Source: Candidatus Eiseniibacteriota bacterium
Lineage (GTDB): Bacteria > Eisenbacteria > RBG-16-71-46
DNA: 64,000 nucleotides
Direction: 5' to 3'
NCBI GenBank assembly: GCA_046327815.1
Contig: JAXLXR010000001.1
Span: forward strand, 260,185-324,184
Notes under the pieces: model-generated
What the model was told of the DNA's origin: nothing
Seen by the model: only the letters and a program-made list of their open reading frames with translations
The model's database searches: none
Part shown: piece after piece, positions 10,182 to 20,146 of the stretch
Layout: the number at the start of each line of letters is the position of its first letter
Position numbering within the stretch: the first letter of the stretch is position 1
Program-made: the position numbers and the translations under genes

Positions 10182-11024
10182 ATGCCTGCCGGATCCGCAA
10201 CCGCGGCCCGCCGTGCGCCGACGCGCGCGCGGCTCGCCCTGCTCGTCCTCGCACTCGCGACGGCGATGGTCGTCGCGCGTCCGGCGCGTGCCGCCATCAC
10301 GGTGCAGCTCACGCCCGGCACGCTCAGCGTGGCGCCCAACTCCGACTTCGACGTGAAGCTGCGCATCACGACGGCGGGCTCACCGTTCAATGCGTTCCAT
10401 GCCGTGATCGCCTACGACCCCGGCATGCTCACGCCCGTGCAGATCTCGCCGCTGCGCAACCAGCTCGATTCGCTCGTGACCGGAGTGTGCGGCAGCACCT
10501 TCCACAAGTTCCGGTTCGGGGGCGGGCTCGACACGATCGACGTGGCCCTGCTCTGCAACGGAGTCTCGATCACCGGCCCGGGGGCGCTCTACCGGCTGCG
10601 CTTTCATGCGGGCAACGTGACCGGGCGAACGGGGCTGTCGTTCGGGCCGGGGCTCGAGTTCGCCGACGGCGGCGTGTTCGTGAACCCGGTGCAGTCGTCG
10701 GGTGCCGTGATCGGGATCGGCGTGCCGGTGCTCGATGCGGGCGAGTTCGTCGTGGACGAGTCGCGTGCGCCGGTCGTGTCCCCGAATCCCGCCGCCGGTC
10801 CGCGCCGCATCGCCTTCGGCAGGCGCCTGACGGAATCCGGGACGCTGCGCGTGCTGGACACGCAGGGACGGTGCCGCTTCTCGCGCGTCCTCGCGGCCGG
10901 CGAGAGCGAGTGCGAGTGGAGCGGCCGCGACGCCGCAGGGACACCGCTCGCGCCGGGGCTCTACCTCGCCGAGGTGCGATCGGGAGAGTGGCGCCGCGTC
11001 GCGCGCATCATGCAGCTGCGCTGA
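10182..11024 (+). CDS. secreted cohesin-like domain protein with T9SS/FlgD-Ig-type C-terminal sorting domain
   Basis: Signal peptide (LALLVLALATAMVVARPARA); cohesin-like ITVQLTPGTLSVAPNSDFDVKLRI...IAYDPGML; C-terminal WSGRDAAGTPLAPGLYLAEV CTD motif. Confidence 0.6.
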   Translation: MPAGSATAARRAPTRARLALLVLALATAMVVARPARAAITVQLTPGTLSVAPNSDFDVKLRITTAGSPFNAFHAVIAYDPGMLTPVQISPLRNQLDSLVTGVCGSTFHKFRFGGGLDTIDVALLCNGVSITGPGALYRLRFHAGNVTGRTGLSFGPGLEFADGGVFVNPVQSSGAVIGIGVPVLDAGEFVVDESRAPVVSPNPAAGPRRIAFGRRLTESGTLRVLDTQGRCRFSRVLAAGESECEWSGRDAAGTPLAPGLYLAEVRSGEWRRVARIMQLR

Positions 11025-11122
11025 GCCCGCTCCGATTGCGGCTCCTTTCCGGGCCTCGCAAGTGGTACCGGCGGTCGTGGGCGCGGAATGCACGAAATTC
11101 TCCCTTCCGTGGGAGCTTTTGG

Positions 11123-11159
11123 TTGCGGTGCGCAATGCCGCTCCCGCAGAATCATTGCG
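11123..11159. promoter_or_regulatory. inverted repeats upstream of the giant surface protein gene (TTGCG-N3-CGCAA and CGCAATG-N15-CATTGCG)
   Basis: Perfect palindromes read directly from the sequence in the 410-bp leader of the giant gene. Confidence 0.3.
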
Positions 11160-11434
11160 TTCTGTAACCTCTCGGTCCCCCCTCGGCACCCCCACCATCA
11201 CGGTCGAGCTCGGACCCGTTCGCTCACCGCTCCCGTGAGGGCACCAGCCAGAAGGCTGGCTCGAACTTCGGCGTCGCTTCGCATCGGAGTGTCTGCATCA
11301 TGCCGGCCGCCCGTTCCCCCCGGACTGCTCACGGGGAGTCGCATACTTCGAACATCACTACTCGTCACATCGCTTCATCCCTGACGGCCACTCGCCCAGT
11401 CGCGCGCGGGCCGTTTTTCTTTTGTGGAGGTGTC

Positions 11435-14400
11435 GTGAACGTGCCGCGAAGAGTCTCCCATCCATGGCCGGCGTTCTTCGCCGGCGCACTGGTCGTTCTC
11501 ATGCTCGCGTTGCAGTCCGTGGCGTGGGCTCAGGTGCCGGTCCTCTACTACGACTTCGAGAACAACACGACGCGCACGACGTTCGAAAATGCGGTCGAGC
11601 TGGCCATGAACACGGGCAGTGGCGCACTCGTGAAGACCGGAGGCGGAACGATCGGCGGCGTCAGCGGCGCGGGCACGCAGAACGGGGGCGCCGCGAACGG
11701 ACAGGCACTGACCTGCACGAACTGGGATGCCTCGACCACGGATCCGGGCACGTCGGCGAGCGCCTACCATAGCTTCGTCGTGAACATGTCGGGACTGTCG
11801 GGCCTCGTGCTCACGTTCGCGATGACGTGGCGCCTCGCGGCACGGGGCCGGCCCCGTCCCCCCTCGGCAAGCTGCGTTCGAGTACAGCACGAACGCCACG
11901 AGTCCTTCACCGCACGGTCACCTGGACCGCCGTCGACGAACATCGCACTGCCGCTTCTCCCTGAGCCTCGGTCGCGCGCTTCGACGGTGAGCGGCGCTCG
12001 ACCGCGTTCTTCGGACAACTCGCGCGATCAGCGGCACCATCCGCATCTACGCCTACGCCGGTGATCTGGATACGCTGGAACGCACCGACGGACGGAACGA
12101 TCGGCGGCGCCGGACGACGGGTCGGTGTGGACATTTGCACGCTGACGCCACGGCGCTCGTCGGCAGTACCGCGTCGAACGCGGGACCGGGCCTCGTCGAC
12201 CGCACGCGACCGGCAGGTGTCCAAGACAACACGCTCGAACGGCGCGACGGCGTCCTCGGCGCCGACGCTCAGAGGTTCACGGCACGGCCGGTGATCACGG
12301 TGGCAGCACCGTCCAACCGTGGCGCGTGCGAGCGCCTCGAGCACGGTCACGGTGGGCAGCGGCGCGACGCTCACGACCGGCAGCAACACGCTGAACATCG
12401 TGACCAACGGTGCCGCCGTCGTGAACGGCACGCTCACCCTCGGTTCCGCCTGCACGCTGCCTTCGGGCGCGACGATGACGGTCGGCTCGACCGGCAAGCT
12501 CACCACGACCCAGACGTACACCAGTACGGGCACGACCACGGTCAACGGCACGTTCGAGCTCGGCGAAGGCGGTTGGGCGACGGGAAGCAACTTCACCTAC
12601 GGCTCATCGGGCACGCTGCAGTTCGCCAACACCACCGGCAGCTACGGCGTGAACGGCACCGACGTCTTCTGGCCCACGACCAACGGGCCGGTGAACGTGA
12701 CGGTGTCGGGCAACGGCATGACGCTCAATGCCGCGCGCACGGTGACGGGCACGTTCCAGACGTCTTCGGGCATCACGAACTCCAACAACCTCACGTTCAA
12801 CGGCACGGCCCAGATCAACGCGGGCGGCTACTTCGTGAGCGCGCCGACCTACGGTTCGGGCTCGACGCTCAAGTACAACACCGGCGGCAGCTACGGCCGC
12901 AGCGCGGAGTGGTCGGCCACCAGCGGTGCGGGCTACCCGTACCACGTGCAGCTGAGCAACAACACGACGCTCGACCTCGGCGCGAACTCCGGCGCCGGCA
13001 CCGCGCGCCAGTGCGCCGGCAACCTCACGATCGACGCCGGCTCGACGATGTCGTTGAGCGCGTCCGCGATGACGCAGGTCCTGAACGTGCGCGGCAACCT
13101 GTCGCTCGCGGGCACGCTGGCGCTTTCGGGCTCCGGCGGCGGCGACCTGCGGCTCGGCGGCAACTGGACGCGGACGGGTACGTTCACGCCGAACAACCGC
13201 GCCGTGTTCTTCGACGGCTCGGCGGCGCAGACGGTCACGGGCGCGACCACGTTCGATTACCTCATTCTCGACAACACGGCGGGCCTGTCGCTCGCGAACG
13301 ACGCGACGGTCAACAAGACGCTCACGTTCACGAACGGCAAGATCACGACCGGCGCGAACACGCTCACGCTCGGTTCGGCGGGTTCGATCTCCGGTGCCGG
13401 CGCGGGCAAGTACGTGTACGGCACCCTCGCCCAGTCCGTGGCCACGGGCGCGAGCGCGCCGGCCTTCGCGATCGGTGACGCCTCGACCTACGCCCCGGTG
13501 GAGCTGACGTTCCCCAACGTCACGTCCGCGGGCACGCTCTCGGCGTCCACGACCGCAGCGGCGCAGCCGAACCTCGGGACGTCGTCGCTCAGCAACACGA
13601 AGTACGTGAATCGCTACTGGACGATCACGAACTCCGGTCTCGCGTTCACGACGTACGACGCGGTGTTCCACTACGTCGCGGGTGACGTCGCCGGTGGCGC
13701 CAGCACCTCGGCGCTGCAGGTGGGCAAGTACAGCGGTGGCAGCTGGAGCTATCCGACCGTCGGTACGCGCACGGCGACGACCACGCAGGCGACCGGGTTG
13801 ACGTCGTTCAGCGACTTCGCGCTCGCGGAGTCGGGCAACTGGACGATCACGGCCTCGGCCGGTTCGAACGGCAGGATCTCGCCGAGCGGCGCCGTGTCGG
13901 TCGCGAACGCCGGCAGCCAGTCCTTCACGATCACGCCGGACGCGCACTACCACGTGGCCGACGTGCTCGTGGACGGCGCGTCGGTGGGCGCGGTGACCAG
14001 CTATTCGTTCACGAACGTGACCGCGGACCACACCATCGCGGCCTCGTTCGCCCTGGACACCTACACGATCACGGCCTCGGCCGGCGCGAACGGCAGCATC
14101 TCGCCGAACGGCGCGACGACCGTGAGCTACGGCGGCAGCCAGTCCTACACGATCTCCGCGAACTCGGGCTACCACGTGGCCGACGTGCTCGTGGACGGCG
14201 TGTCGGCCGGAGCCGTGACGAGCTACTCGTTCACCTCGGTCGCGGCGAACCACACCATCGCGGCCAGCTTCGCCGCCGATCCGGCGACGATCAGCGCCGT
14301 GTCGCCGTCGGGCACGATCTCGAGCTCGACGACCTCGCTGAACGTGCCGGTGACGGTCTCGCGCGTGGACAACACCGCGAACCGGCTCTTCCACGTCACG

Positions 14401-17400
14401 TTCCAGCTCGCCGGCGGTCTCACGCTGACGGGCGGCACGTCGGGCATCGTCGAGGGTGACTACCTCAACTCGAGCGGTGCGACGACGAACCTCCAGGTGA
14501 CCGACAACGGTGGTGGTTCGTACACCGTGGACGGCACCATCCTCGGCCTGCCCTGCAACAACGTCGCGACGTCGGGCACGCTGTTCACCATCCCGGTGAG
14601 CAGCAGCTCCGCGAGCGGCACGGGCACGGTCACGCTGACCGAGACGACGCTGCGCGACTGCGACAACGCGACGCTGGCGTCCTCGATCGGCACCGCGGCG
14701 AGCGTGGACATCGACAACCGCGCCGACCGTCTCCGTGACCTCGCCCGACGGTGGTGAGTTCTGGGCGGTGGCGTCGCAGCACGCGATCACCTGGACGGCG
14801 AGCGACAACGCCGCGGTCTCGACCGTGGATCTGGCGTACTCGACCGACGGTGGCGCGACCTTCCCGAACACGATCGCGACCGGCCTGGCCCGCTCGGGCA
14901 CGTACACCTGGACGATTCCGGCGATCGCCTCGACGCAGGTCCGCGTGCGCGCGACGGCGCACGACACCCACGGCAACTCGGCTTCCGACGCCAGCACGAT
15001 CACGGAACGTGGCGGCGCACTACCACATCGCCGACGTGCTGGTGGACGGTGTCTCGGTGGGCGCGGTCGAAGCGTGACCGCGCGATCGATCACGCACACG
15101 ATCACGGCCTCGGCCGGCGCGAACGGCAGCATCACGCCGTCGGGCGCGGTGGGCGTGGACAACGGCGGCAGCCAGTCGTTCACGATCACCCCGGCGGCGC
15201 ACTACCACATCGCCGACGTGCTGGTGGACGGTGTCTCGGTCGGTACGCCGACGCTACACGACGAACGTGGTCGCTGATCACACGATCGAAGCCTCGTTCG
15301 CGATCACGACGCACACGATCGTGGCCTCGGCCGGCGCCAACGGCAGCATCACGCCGAGCGGCTCGGTGACGGTCAACGACGGTGACGACCAGGCGTTCAC
15401 GATCAGCCCGGCGGCGCACTACCACGTGGCCGACGTGCTGGTGGACGGTGTCTCGGTCGGTACGCCGACGAGCTACACGTTCACGAACGTGACCACGGAC
15501 CACACGATCGCGGCGAGCTTCGCGATCACGACGCACACGATCGTGGCCTCGGCCGGCGCCAACGGCAGCATCACGCCGAGCGGCTCGGTGACGGTCAACG
15601 ACGGTGACGACCAGGCGTTCACGATCAGCCCGGCGGCGCACTACCACGTGGCCGACGTGCTGGTGGACGGTGTCTCGGTCGGTACGCCGACGAGCTACAC
15701 GTTCACGAACGTGACCACGGACCACACGATCGCGGCGAGCTTCGACGACCATCACGATCACGACACGACGTGGCCTCGCGCCGGCGCCAACGGACAGCAT
15801 CACGCCGAGCGGTTCGGTGACGGTCAACGACGGTGACGGGCGCGGTTCACGATCAGCCCGGCGGCGCACTACCACGTGGCCCGACGTCACGCCGAACGGC
15901 TGGTGGACTGGTCGGCACGCCGACGAGCTACACGTTCACGAACGTGGTCGCCGATCACACGATCGAAGCCTCGTTCGCGATCACGACGCACACGATCGTG
16001 GCCTCGGCCGGCGCCAACGGCAGCATCACGCCGTCGGGCTCGGTGACGGTCAACGACGGTGACGACCAGGCGTTCACGATCACCCCGGCGGCGCACTACC
16101 ACGTGGCCGACGTGCTGGTGGACGGTGTCTCGGTCGGCACGCCGACGAGCTACACGTTCACGAACGTGGTCGCCGATCACACGATCGAAGCCTCGTTCGC
16201 GATCACGACGCACACGATCGTGGCCTCGGCCGGCGCGAACGGCAGCATCACGCCGTCGGGCTCGGTGACGGTCAACGACGGTGACGCAGGCGTTCACGAT
16301 CACCCCGGCGGCGCACTACCACGTCGCGGACGTGCTGGTGGACGGTGTCTCGGTCGGCACGCCGACGAGCTACACGTTCACGAACGTGACCACGGACCAC
16401 ACGATCGCGGCGAGCTTCGCGATCACGACGCACACGATCGTGGCCTCGGCCGGCGCCAACGGCAGCATCACGCCGTCGGGCTCGGTGACGGTCAACGACG
16501 GTGACGACCAGGCGTTCACGATCACCCGGCGGCGCACTACCACGTGGCCGACGTGCTGGTGGACGGCGTCTCGGTCGGTACGCCGACGAGCTACTCGTTC
16601 ACGAACGTGACGACCGATCACACGATCGCGGCGAGCTTCGCGATCACCACGCACACGATCGATCAGCCCGGCGGGCCTCGGCCGGTTCGAACGGCAGCAT
16701 CACGCCGTCGGGTCTCGGTCACGACGCACACGACGGTCAACGACGGTGACGGTCAACGAGACGCAGGCGTTCACGATCACTCCGGCGGCGCACTACCACG
16801 TGGCCGACGTGCTGGTGGACGGTGTCTCGGTCGGCACGCCGACGAGCTACACGTTCACGAACGTGGTCGCCGATCACACGATCGAAGCCTCGTTCGCGAT
16901 CACGACGCACACGATCGTGGCCTCGGCCGGCGCCAACGGCAGCATCACGCCGAGCGGCTCGGTGACGGTCAACGACGGTGACGACCAGGCGTTCACGATC
17001 ACCCCGGCGGCGCACTACCACGTGGCCGACGTGCTGGTGGACGGCGTCTCGGTCGGTACGCCGACGAGCTACACGTTCACGAACGTGACGACCGATCACA
17101 CGATCGCGGCGAGCTTCGCGATCACGCAGCACACGATCCTGGCCACGGCGGGCTCGAACGGCAGCATCACGCCGAGCGGCTCGGTCGCGGTGGACGACGG
17201 CAACGACCAGGCGTTCACGATCGCCGGTGACGTGAACTATCACGTCGCCGACGTCCTCGTGGACGGCGTCTCGGTGGGCGCGGTCGGTACGTACACGTTC
17301 ACGAACGTGACGACCGATCACACGATCGCGGCCAGCTTCGCGATCAACGCCCACACGATCACGGCCAGCGCGTCCGCCGGTGGCAGCATCACGCCGTCGG

Positions 17401-18866
17401 GTGCCGTCAGCGTGAACCACGGCGACTCGCAGGCCTTCACGATCACCGCCGACGCGGGCCACCACACGGTGGACGTGCTCGTGGACGCGGTGTCGGTGGG
17501 TGCGGTGGCCAGCTACACGTTCACGAACGTCACCGCGGATCACACCATCGCGGCGAGCTTCGTGGTGAACCCGGCGGTGCCGGCGCTCACGCTCACGGCC
17601 TCGCAGGTGAAAACGGGCAACGACACCGACGGCACCACGAAGATCCTGCTGAGCTGGCCGGCCCTGCCGGCGAGCAGCTCGGTGGCGGTCTACCGCGCGC
17701 CGTTCGGCAGCTACCCCGAGTACGACGACCTGGCCGGTGCCGCCCCGACGGCTCCGAGCTTCCCGCCGTCGGGCCCGTGGACGCTGACCTCGGTCACGGC
17801 CTCGAACACGACCGACGAAACCACCGAGCGCGACTTCTACTACTACGTCGCGTTCGTGACGGACACGTTCGGTACGGTCTCGCCGGTCTCGAACGTCGCG
17901 GGTGGGGTCCTGAACTACCACCTGGGTGACGTGACGGACGGCTCGACGCCGGGCCAGGGCAACAACGCGGTGGACATCGCCGACGTGTCGCTGCTGGGCT
18001 CGCACTACGGCCTGACCGGTGCCGCGGTCACGGCGTACGACTACCTCGACGTCGGCCCGACGACGAACGCGAGCGTCAACGCGCGTCCGACGACGGACAA
18101 CCGCATCGACTTCGAGGACCTCATCCTGTTCGCCATCAACTACCAGCTCGTCTCCGCTCCGCAGTCGGCGGCCCGCCCGGTGTTCGAGGCGGCGTCCGCG
18201 GACGAGGTGTCGCTGGACCGCCCGTCGGTCTTCGGCGCCGACGGCCGGATGACGGCGCACCTGAACCTGCGCGGTACGGGCATGGTGCAGGGCCTGTCGC
18301 TCAAGCTGACGTGGGATCCGGCGGTGGTCACGCTCGAGTCCACGGCTCCGGGCCAGATGGCGGACGACCTCGGTGCGCTGGTGCTCACGGGCGCCCCGGG
18401 CACGGTGGACGTGGCCATGCTCGGCGTGAGCAGTGGCCTGCAGGGTGAAGGCACGATCGCGAACGTGACGTTCCGTCGCATCGGCCCCGGCGACCCGGCG
18501 ATCGCGCTGGCGTCCGCCGACGGCCGTGACGCGGGCAACGCCCACGTGACGGTGGCGGTGAAGACGACCGGGGTGCCGATGGCTCCGCTCGTGACCGCCT
18601 TCTCGCGCATCGCTCCGAACCCGTTCCGTGCGAACGCGAACCTGTCGTTCGCGCTCGCGAGGGGTGGCGCGGTGGAACTCGTGCTGTACTCGGTGGACGG
18701 CCGCATGGTCCGTCGCCTCGTGAACGGCACGCGTGAAGCCGGCCAGTACCAGGTCGCGTGGGACGGTCGTGACGAGCATGGTTCGCTCGTCCCGGCGGGT
18801 GTCTACTACGCGCGACTCGTCACGCGGGACGGCACGTTCAACCGCTCGCTGGTGTACCTCAAGTAG
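11435..18866 (+). CDS. giant repetitive surface protein (~2470 aa if contiguous) with tandem Ig-like (divergent InlB B-repeat-like) repeats and C-terminal T9SS/FlgD-Ig sorting domain; reading frame interrupted at least 8 times (pseudogene or assembly error)
   Basis: GGAGG RBS 5 nt before GTG at 11435; signal peptide; Ser/Thr/Gly/Asn-rich beta-strand repeats; track ORFs 11300..12064, 12319..14757, 14735..15277, 15231..15836, 15833..16504, 16281..16610, 16544..16981 and 16746..18866 are consecutive frames of one protein; C-terminal PNPF...WDGRDEHGSLVPAGVYYARLV...LVYLK. Confidence 0.7.
12319..14757 (+). CDS. largest intact N-proximal segment of the giant surface protein
   Basis: 812-aa ORF of T/S/G/N-rich beta-helix-like sequence followed by two copies of the 74-aa repeat. 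Confidence 0.6.
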   Translation: MARASASSTVTVGSGATLTTGSNTLNIVTNGAAVVNGTLTLGSACTLPSGATMTVGSTGKLTTTQTYTSTGTTTVNGTFELGEGGWATGSNFTYGSSGTLQFANTTGSYGVNGTDVFWPTTNGPVNVTVSGNGMTLNAARTVTGTFQTSSGITNSNNLTFNGTAQINAGGYFVSAPTYGSGSTLKYNTGGSYGRSAEWSATSGAGYPYHVQLSNNTTLDLGANSGAGTARQCAGNLTIDAGSTMSLSASAMTQVLNVRGNLSLAGTLALSGSGGGDLRLGGNWTRTGTFTPNNRAVFFDGSAAQTVTGATTFDYLILDNTAGLSLANDATVNKTLTFTNGKITTGANTLTLGSAGSISGAGAGKYVYGTLAQSVATGASAPAFAIGDASTYAPVELTFPNVTSAGTLSASTTAAAQPNLGTSSLSNTKYVNRYWTITNSGLAFTTYDAVFHYVAGDVAGGASTSALQVGKYSGGSWSYPTVGTRTATTTQATGLTSFSDFALAESGNWTITASAGSNGRISPSGAVSVANAGSQSFTITPDAHYHVADVLVDGASVGAVTSYSFTNVTADHTIAASFALDTYTITASAGANGSISPNGATTVSYGGSQSYTISANSGYHVADVLVDGVSAGAVTSYSFTSVAANHTIAASFAADPATISAVSPSGTISSSTTSLNVPVTVSRVDNTANRLFHVTFQLAGGLTLTGGTSGIVEGDYLNSSGATTNLQVTDNGGGSYTVDGTILGLPCNNVATSGTLFTIPVSSSSASGTGTVTLTETTLRDCDNATLASSIGTAASVDIDNRADRLRDLARRW
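13846..17570 (+). repeat. tandem array of at least 12 copies of a 222-bp (74-aa) coding repeat (consensus HTI.ASAGANGSITPSG.V.V.DG..QAFTI.PAAHYHVADVLVDGVSVGTPTSYTFTNVT.DHTIAASFAITT), interrupted 14290-14990 by a unique segment
   Basis: Copies at 15309-15530 and 15531-15752 are base-for-base identical; period 222 bp is visible directly in the sequence. Confidence 0.9.
16746..18866 (+). CDS. C-terminal intact segment of the giant surface protein (tandem repeats plus CTD)
   Basis: 706-aa ORF; repeat copies then unique region ending in the CTD sorting motif. Confidence 0.65.
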   Translation: MTVNETQAFTITPAAHYHVADVLVDGVSVGTPTSYTFTNVVADHTIEASFAITTHTIVASAGANGSITPSGSVTVNDGDDQAFTITPAAHYHVADVLVDGVSVGTPTSYTFTNVTTDHTIAASFAITQHTILATAGSNGSITPSGSVAVDDGNDQAFTIAGDVNYHVADVLVDGVSVGAVGTYTFTNVTTDHTIAASFAINAHTITASASAGGSITPSGAVSVNHGDSQAFTITADAGHHTVDVLVDAVSVGAVASYTFTNVTADHTIAASFVVNPAVPALTLTASQVKTGNDTDGTTKILLSWPALPASSSVAVYRAPFGSYPEYDDLAGAAPTAPSFPPSGPWTLTSVTASNTTDETTERDFYYYVAFVTDTFGTVSPVSNVAGGVLNYHLGDVTDGSTPGQGNNAVDIADVSLLGSHYGLTGAAVTAYDYLDVGPTTNASVNARPTTDNRIDFEDLILFAINYQLVSAPQSAARPVFEAASADEVSLDRPSVFGADGRMTAHLNLRGTGMVQGLSLKLTWDPAVVTLESTAPGQMADDLGALVLTGAPGTVDVAMLGVSSGLQGEGTIANVTFRRIGPGDPAIALASADGRDAGNAHVTVAVKTTGVPMAPLVTAFSRIAPNPFRANANLSFALARGGAVELVLYSVDGRMVRRLVNGTREAGQYQVAWDGRDEHGSLVPAGVYYARLVTRDGTFNRSLVYLK

Positions 18867-18880
18867 GGTTCCGCAGAACG

Positions 18881-18925
18881 AACCGGCGGCGCGACCACTT
18901 CGGTCGCGCCGCCGGTTTCGTTTCG
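18881..18925. terminator. bidirectional rho-independent terminator between the convergent giant gene and the crp/fnr gene
   Basis: Perfect hairpin AACCGGCGGCGCGACC-ACTT-CGGTCGCGCCGCCGGTT flanked by an A-run upstream and TTTCGTTTCGG downstream. Confidence 0.8.
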
Positions 18926-18945
18926 GCCGCGGGGGAGAGCCGCGA

Positions 18946-19656
18946 TCAGCCGTTCTCGCCCTCGGCCACGATGCGCCGCAACGCGTCGCACGACGGCACG
19001 AGGAAGCGCCCGTCCTCGGTGAACACGACCCCTTCGCGGTTCCAGCGCGACAGCGTGCGGATCGCCGTCTCGACCGTGGTGCCGACCGTCTCGGCGATCT
19101 CCTGGCGCGTGAGCGTGAGCGCGATCTCGGTGCCCTCGGGCACGTCGCGGCCCATGCGTTCGGCGAGCGACAGGAAGAAGTGGGCGATGCGCACCTCGAC
19201 CTTCTGCCCGCGCATCTCCTCGAGCCGGCGGCTGAACGACAGGTTGAGTCGCGTGAGGTCGCGGATCAGCGAGTGCGACAGCGCGGGATTGCGCTCGACG
19301 AGCGCGAAGTACTCCGCGGCCGGCACGCAGAGCACCGTGCAGGGTTCGAGCGCGAACGCCGAGGCGGGGTAGGCCATGCGGTTGAACACCGCCACGGCAC
19401 CGACCGCCTCGCCCGCGCCGAACAGCTCGAGCAGCACGTCGCCGTGCGTGCCGTGCTTGACGATCTTGATCCGGCCATCCACGAGCACGAACAGGACGTC
19501 CGCCCGGTCGCCCGCCATCCACAGCGCGTCGCCCTTGCGCAGCACGCGCAGCGTGCAGGCGGGCTCCAGCCGGGTGACGTCCTCGGCCGTGAGCTGGCGG
19601 AACAGTGACAGGGTCCGCAGCGCGGTCCGGACTCGTTCGCGATGGACTTCGTTCAT
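18946..19656 (-). CDS. Crp/Fnr-family transcriptional regulator (FixK-like, no N-terminal Cys cluster)
   Basis: cNMP-binding fold and C-terminal HTH (TRQEIAETVGTTVETAIRTLSRW); true start ATG whose first codon lies at 19656-19654 (MNEVHRERV); the only credible minus-strand gene in the window. Confidence 0.88.
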   Translation of the reverse strand: MNEVHRERVRTALRTLSLFRQLTAEDVTRLEPACTLRVLRKGDALWMAGDRADVLFVLVDGRIKIVKHGTHGDVLLELFGAGEAVGAVAVFNRMAYPASAFALEPCTVLCVPAAEYFALVERNPALSHSLIRDLTRLNLSFSRRLEEMRGQKVEVRIAHFFLSLAERMGRDVPEGTEIALTLTRQEIAETVGTTVETAIRTLSRWNREGVVFTEDGRFLVPSCDALRRIVAEGENG

Positions 19657-19836
19657 GAGGGCCTCGGGCGGGGGGGCGTGACCGGGCGGCAGCATGCCCC
19701 AGCACGCGCGCTGCGGCCAGTACGTGGCCGTCCGCCGCGGGGGCCGAGCGGTCCCTCGGGAGCGGTTGCCAGCGCCACGGCCAGCCGATATAAGGGGCGG
19801 ACCGCGCGGCCTGTCGGGCACGCGGCCTGCGCCGGG

Positions 19837-19912
19837 GACCCGTTAGCTCAGTCGGTAGAGCACCTGACTTTTAATCAGGGTGTCGCTGGTTCGATCCCAG
19901 CACGGGTCACCA
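19837..19912 (+). tRNA. tRNA-Lys (anticodon TTT)
   Basis: Cloverleaf GACCCGT/ACGGGTC acceptor stem, D-arm TAGCTCAGTCGGTAGAGC, anticodon loop CTTTTAA, T-arm GCTGGTTCGATCCCAGC, encoded CCA. Confidence 0.93.
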
Positions 19913-20146
19913 ACATTCGCCGTCCGGCGGGCGCGACCGGCTTGAGCCCGGGGGCCGGAGCGGGCATGTTGCGCACTTTCCCGGGTGGTCAGGGACAGGA
20001 AAAGTCCGAAACTGCCCTGCTGGGAAGGCATCGAAGTCGGGGCTGCGTGACCGGGAGTCGCGCGGGGCACGTGGGACCGCCGGGGTCCCCGCAGAAGCGA
20101 GGATGGATCGGATGATCGAGACAGACCAGCGTCGGGGTGCGGCATC

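Noticed and set aside
13846-17570. Possible CRISPR array suggested by the regular ~222-bp periodic repeats
   Set aside because: Repeats are contiguous with no unique spacers, are in-frame protein-coding (74-aa Ig-like units), and are much longer than CRISPR repeats.
12604-18779. Minus-strand ORFs 12604..15189 (861 aa) and 16737..18779 (680 aa) antisense to the giant adhesin
   Set aside because: Arg-rich junk translation that merely mirrors the repeat periodicity of the sense strand.
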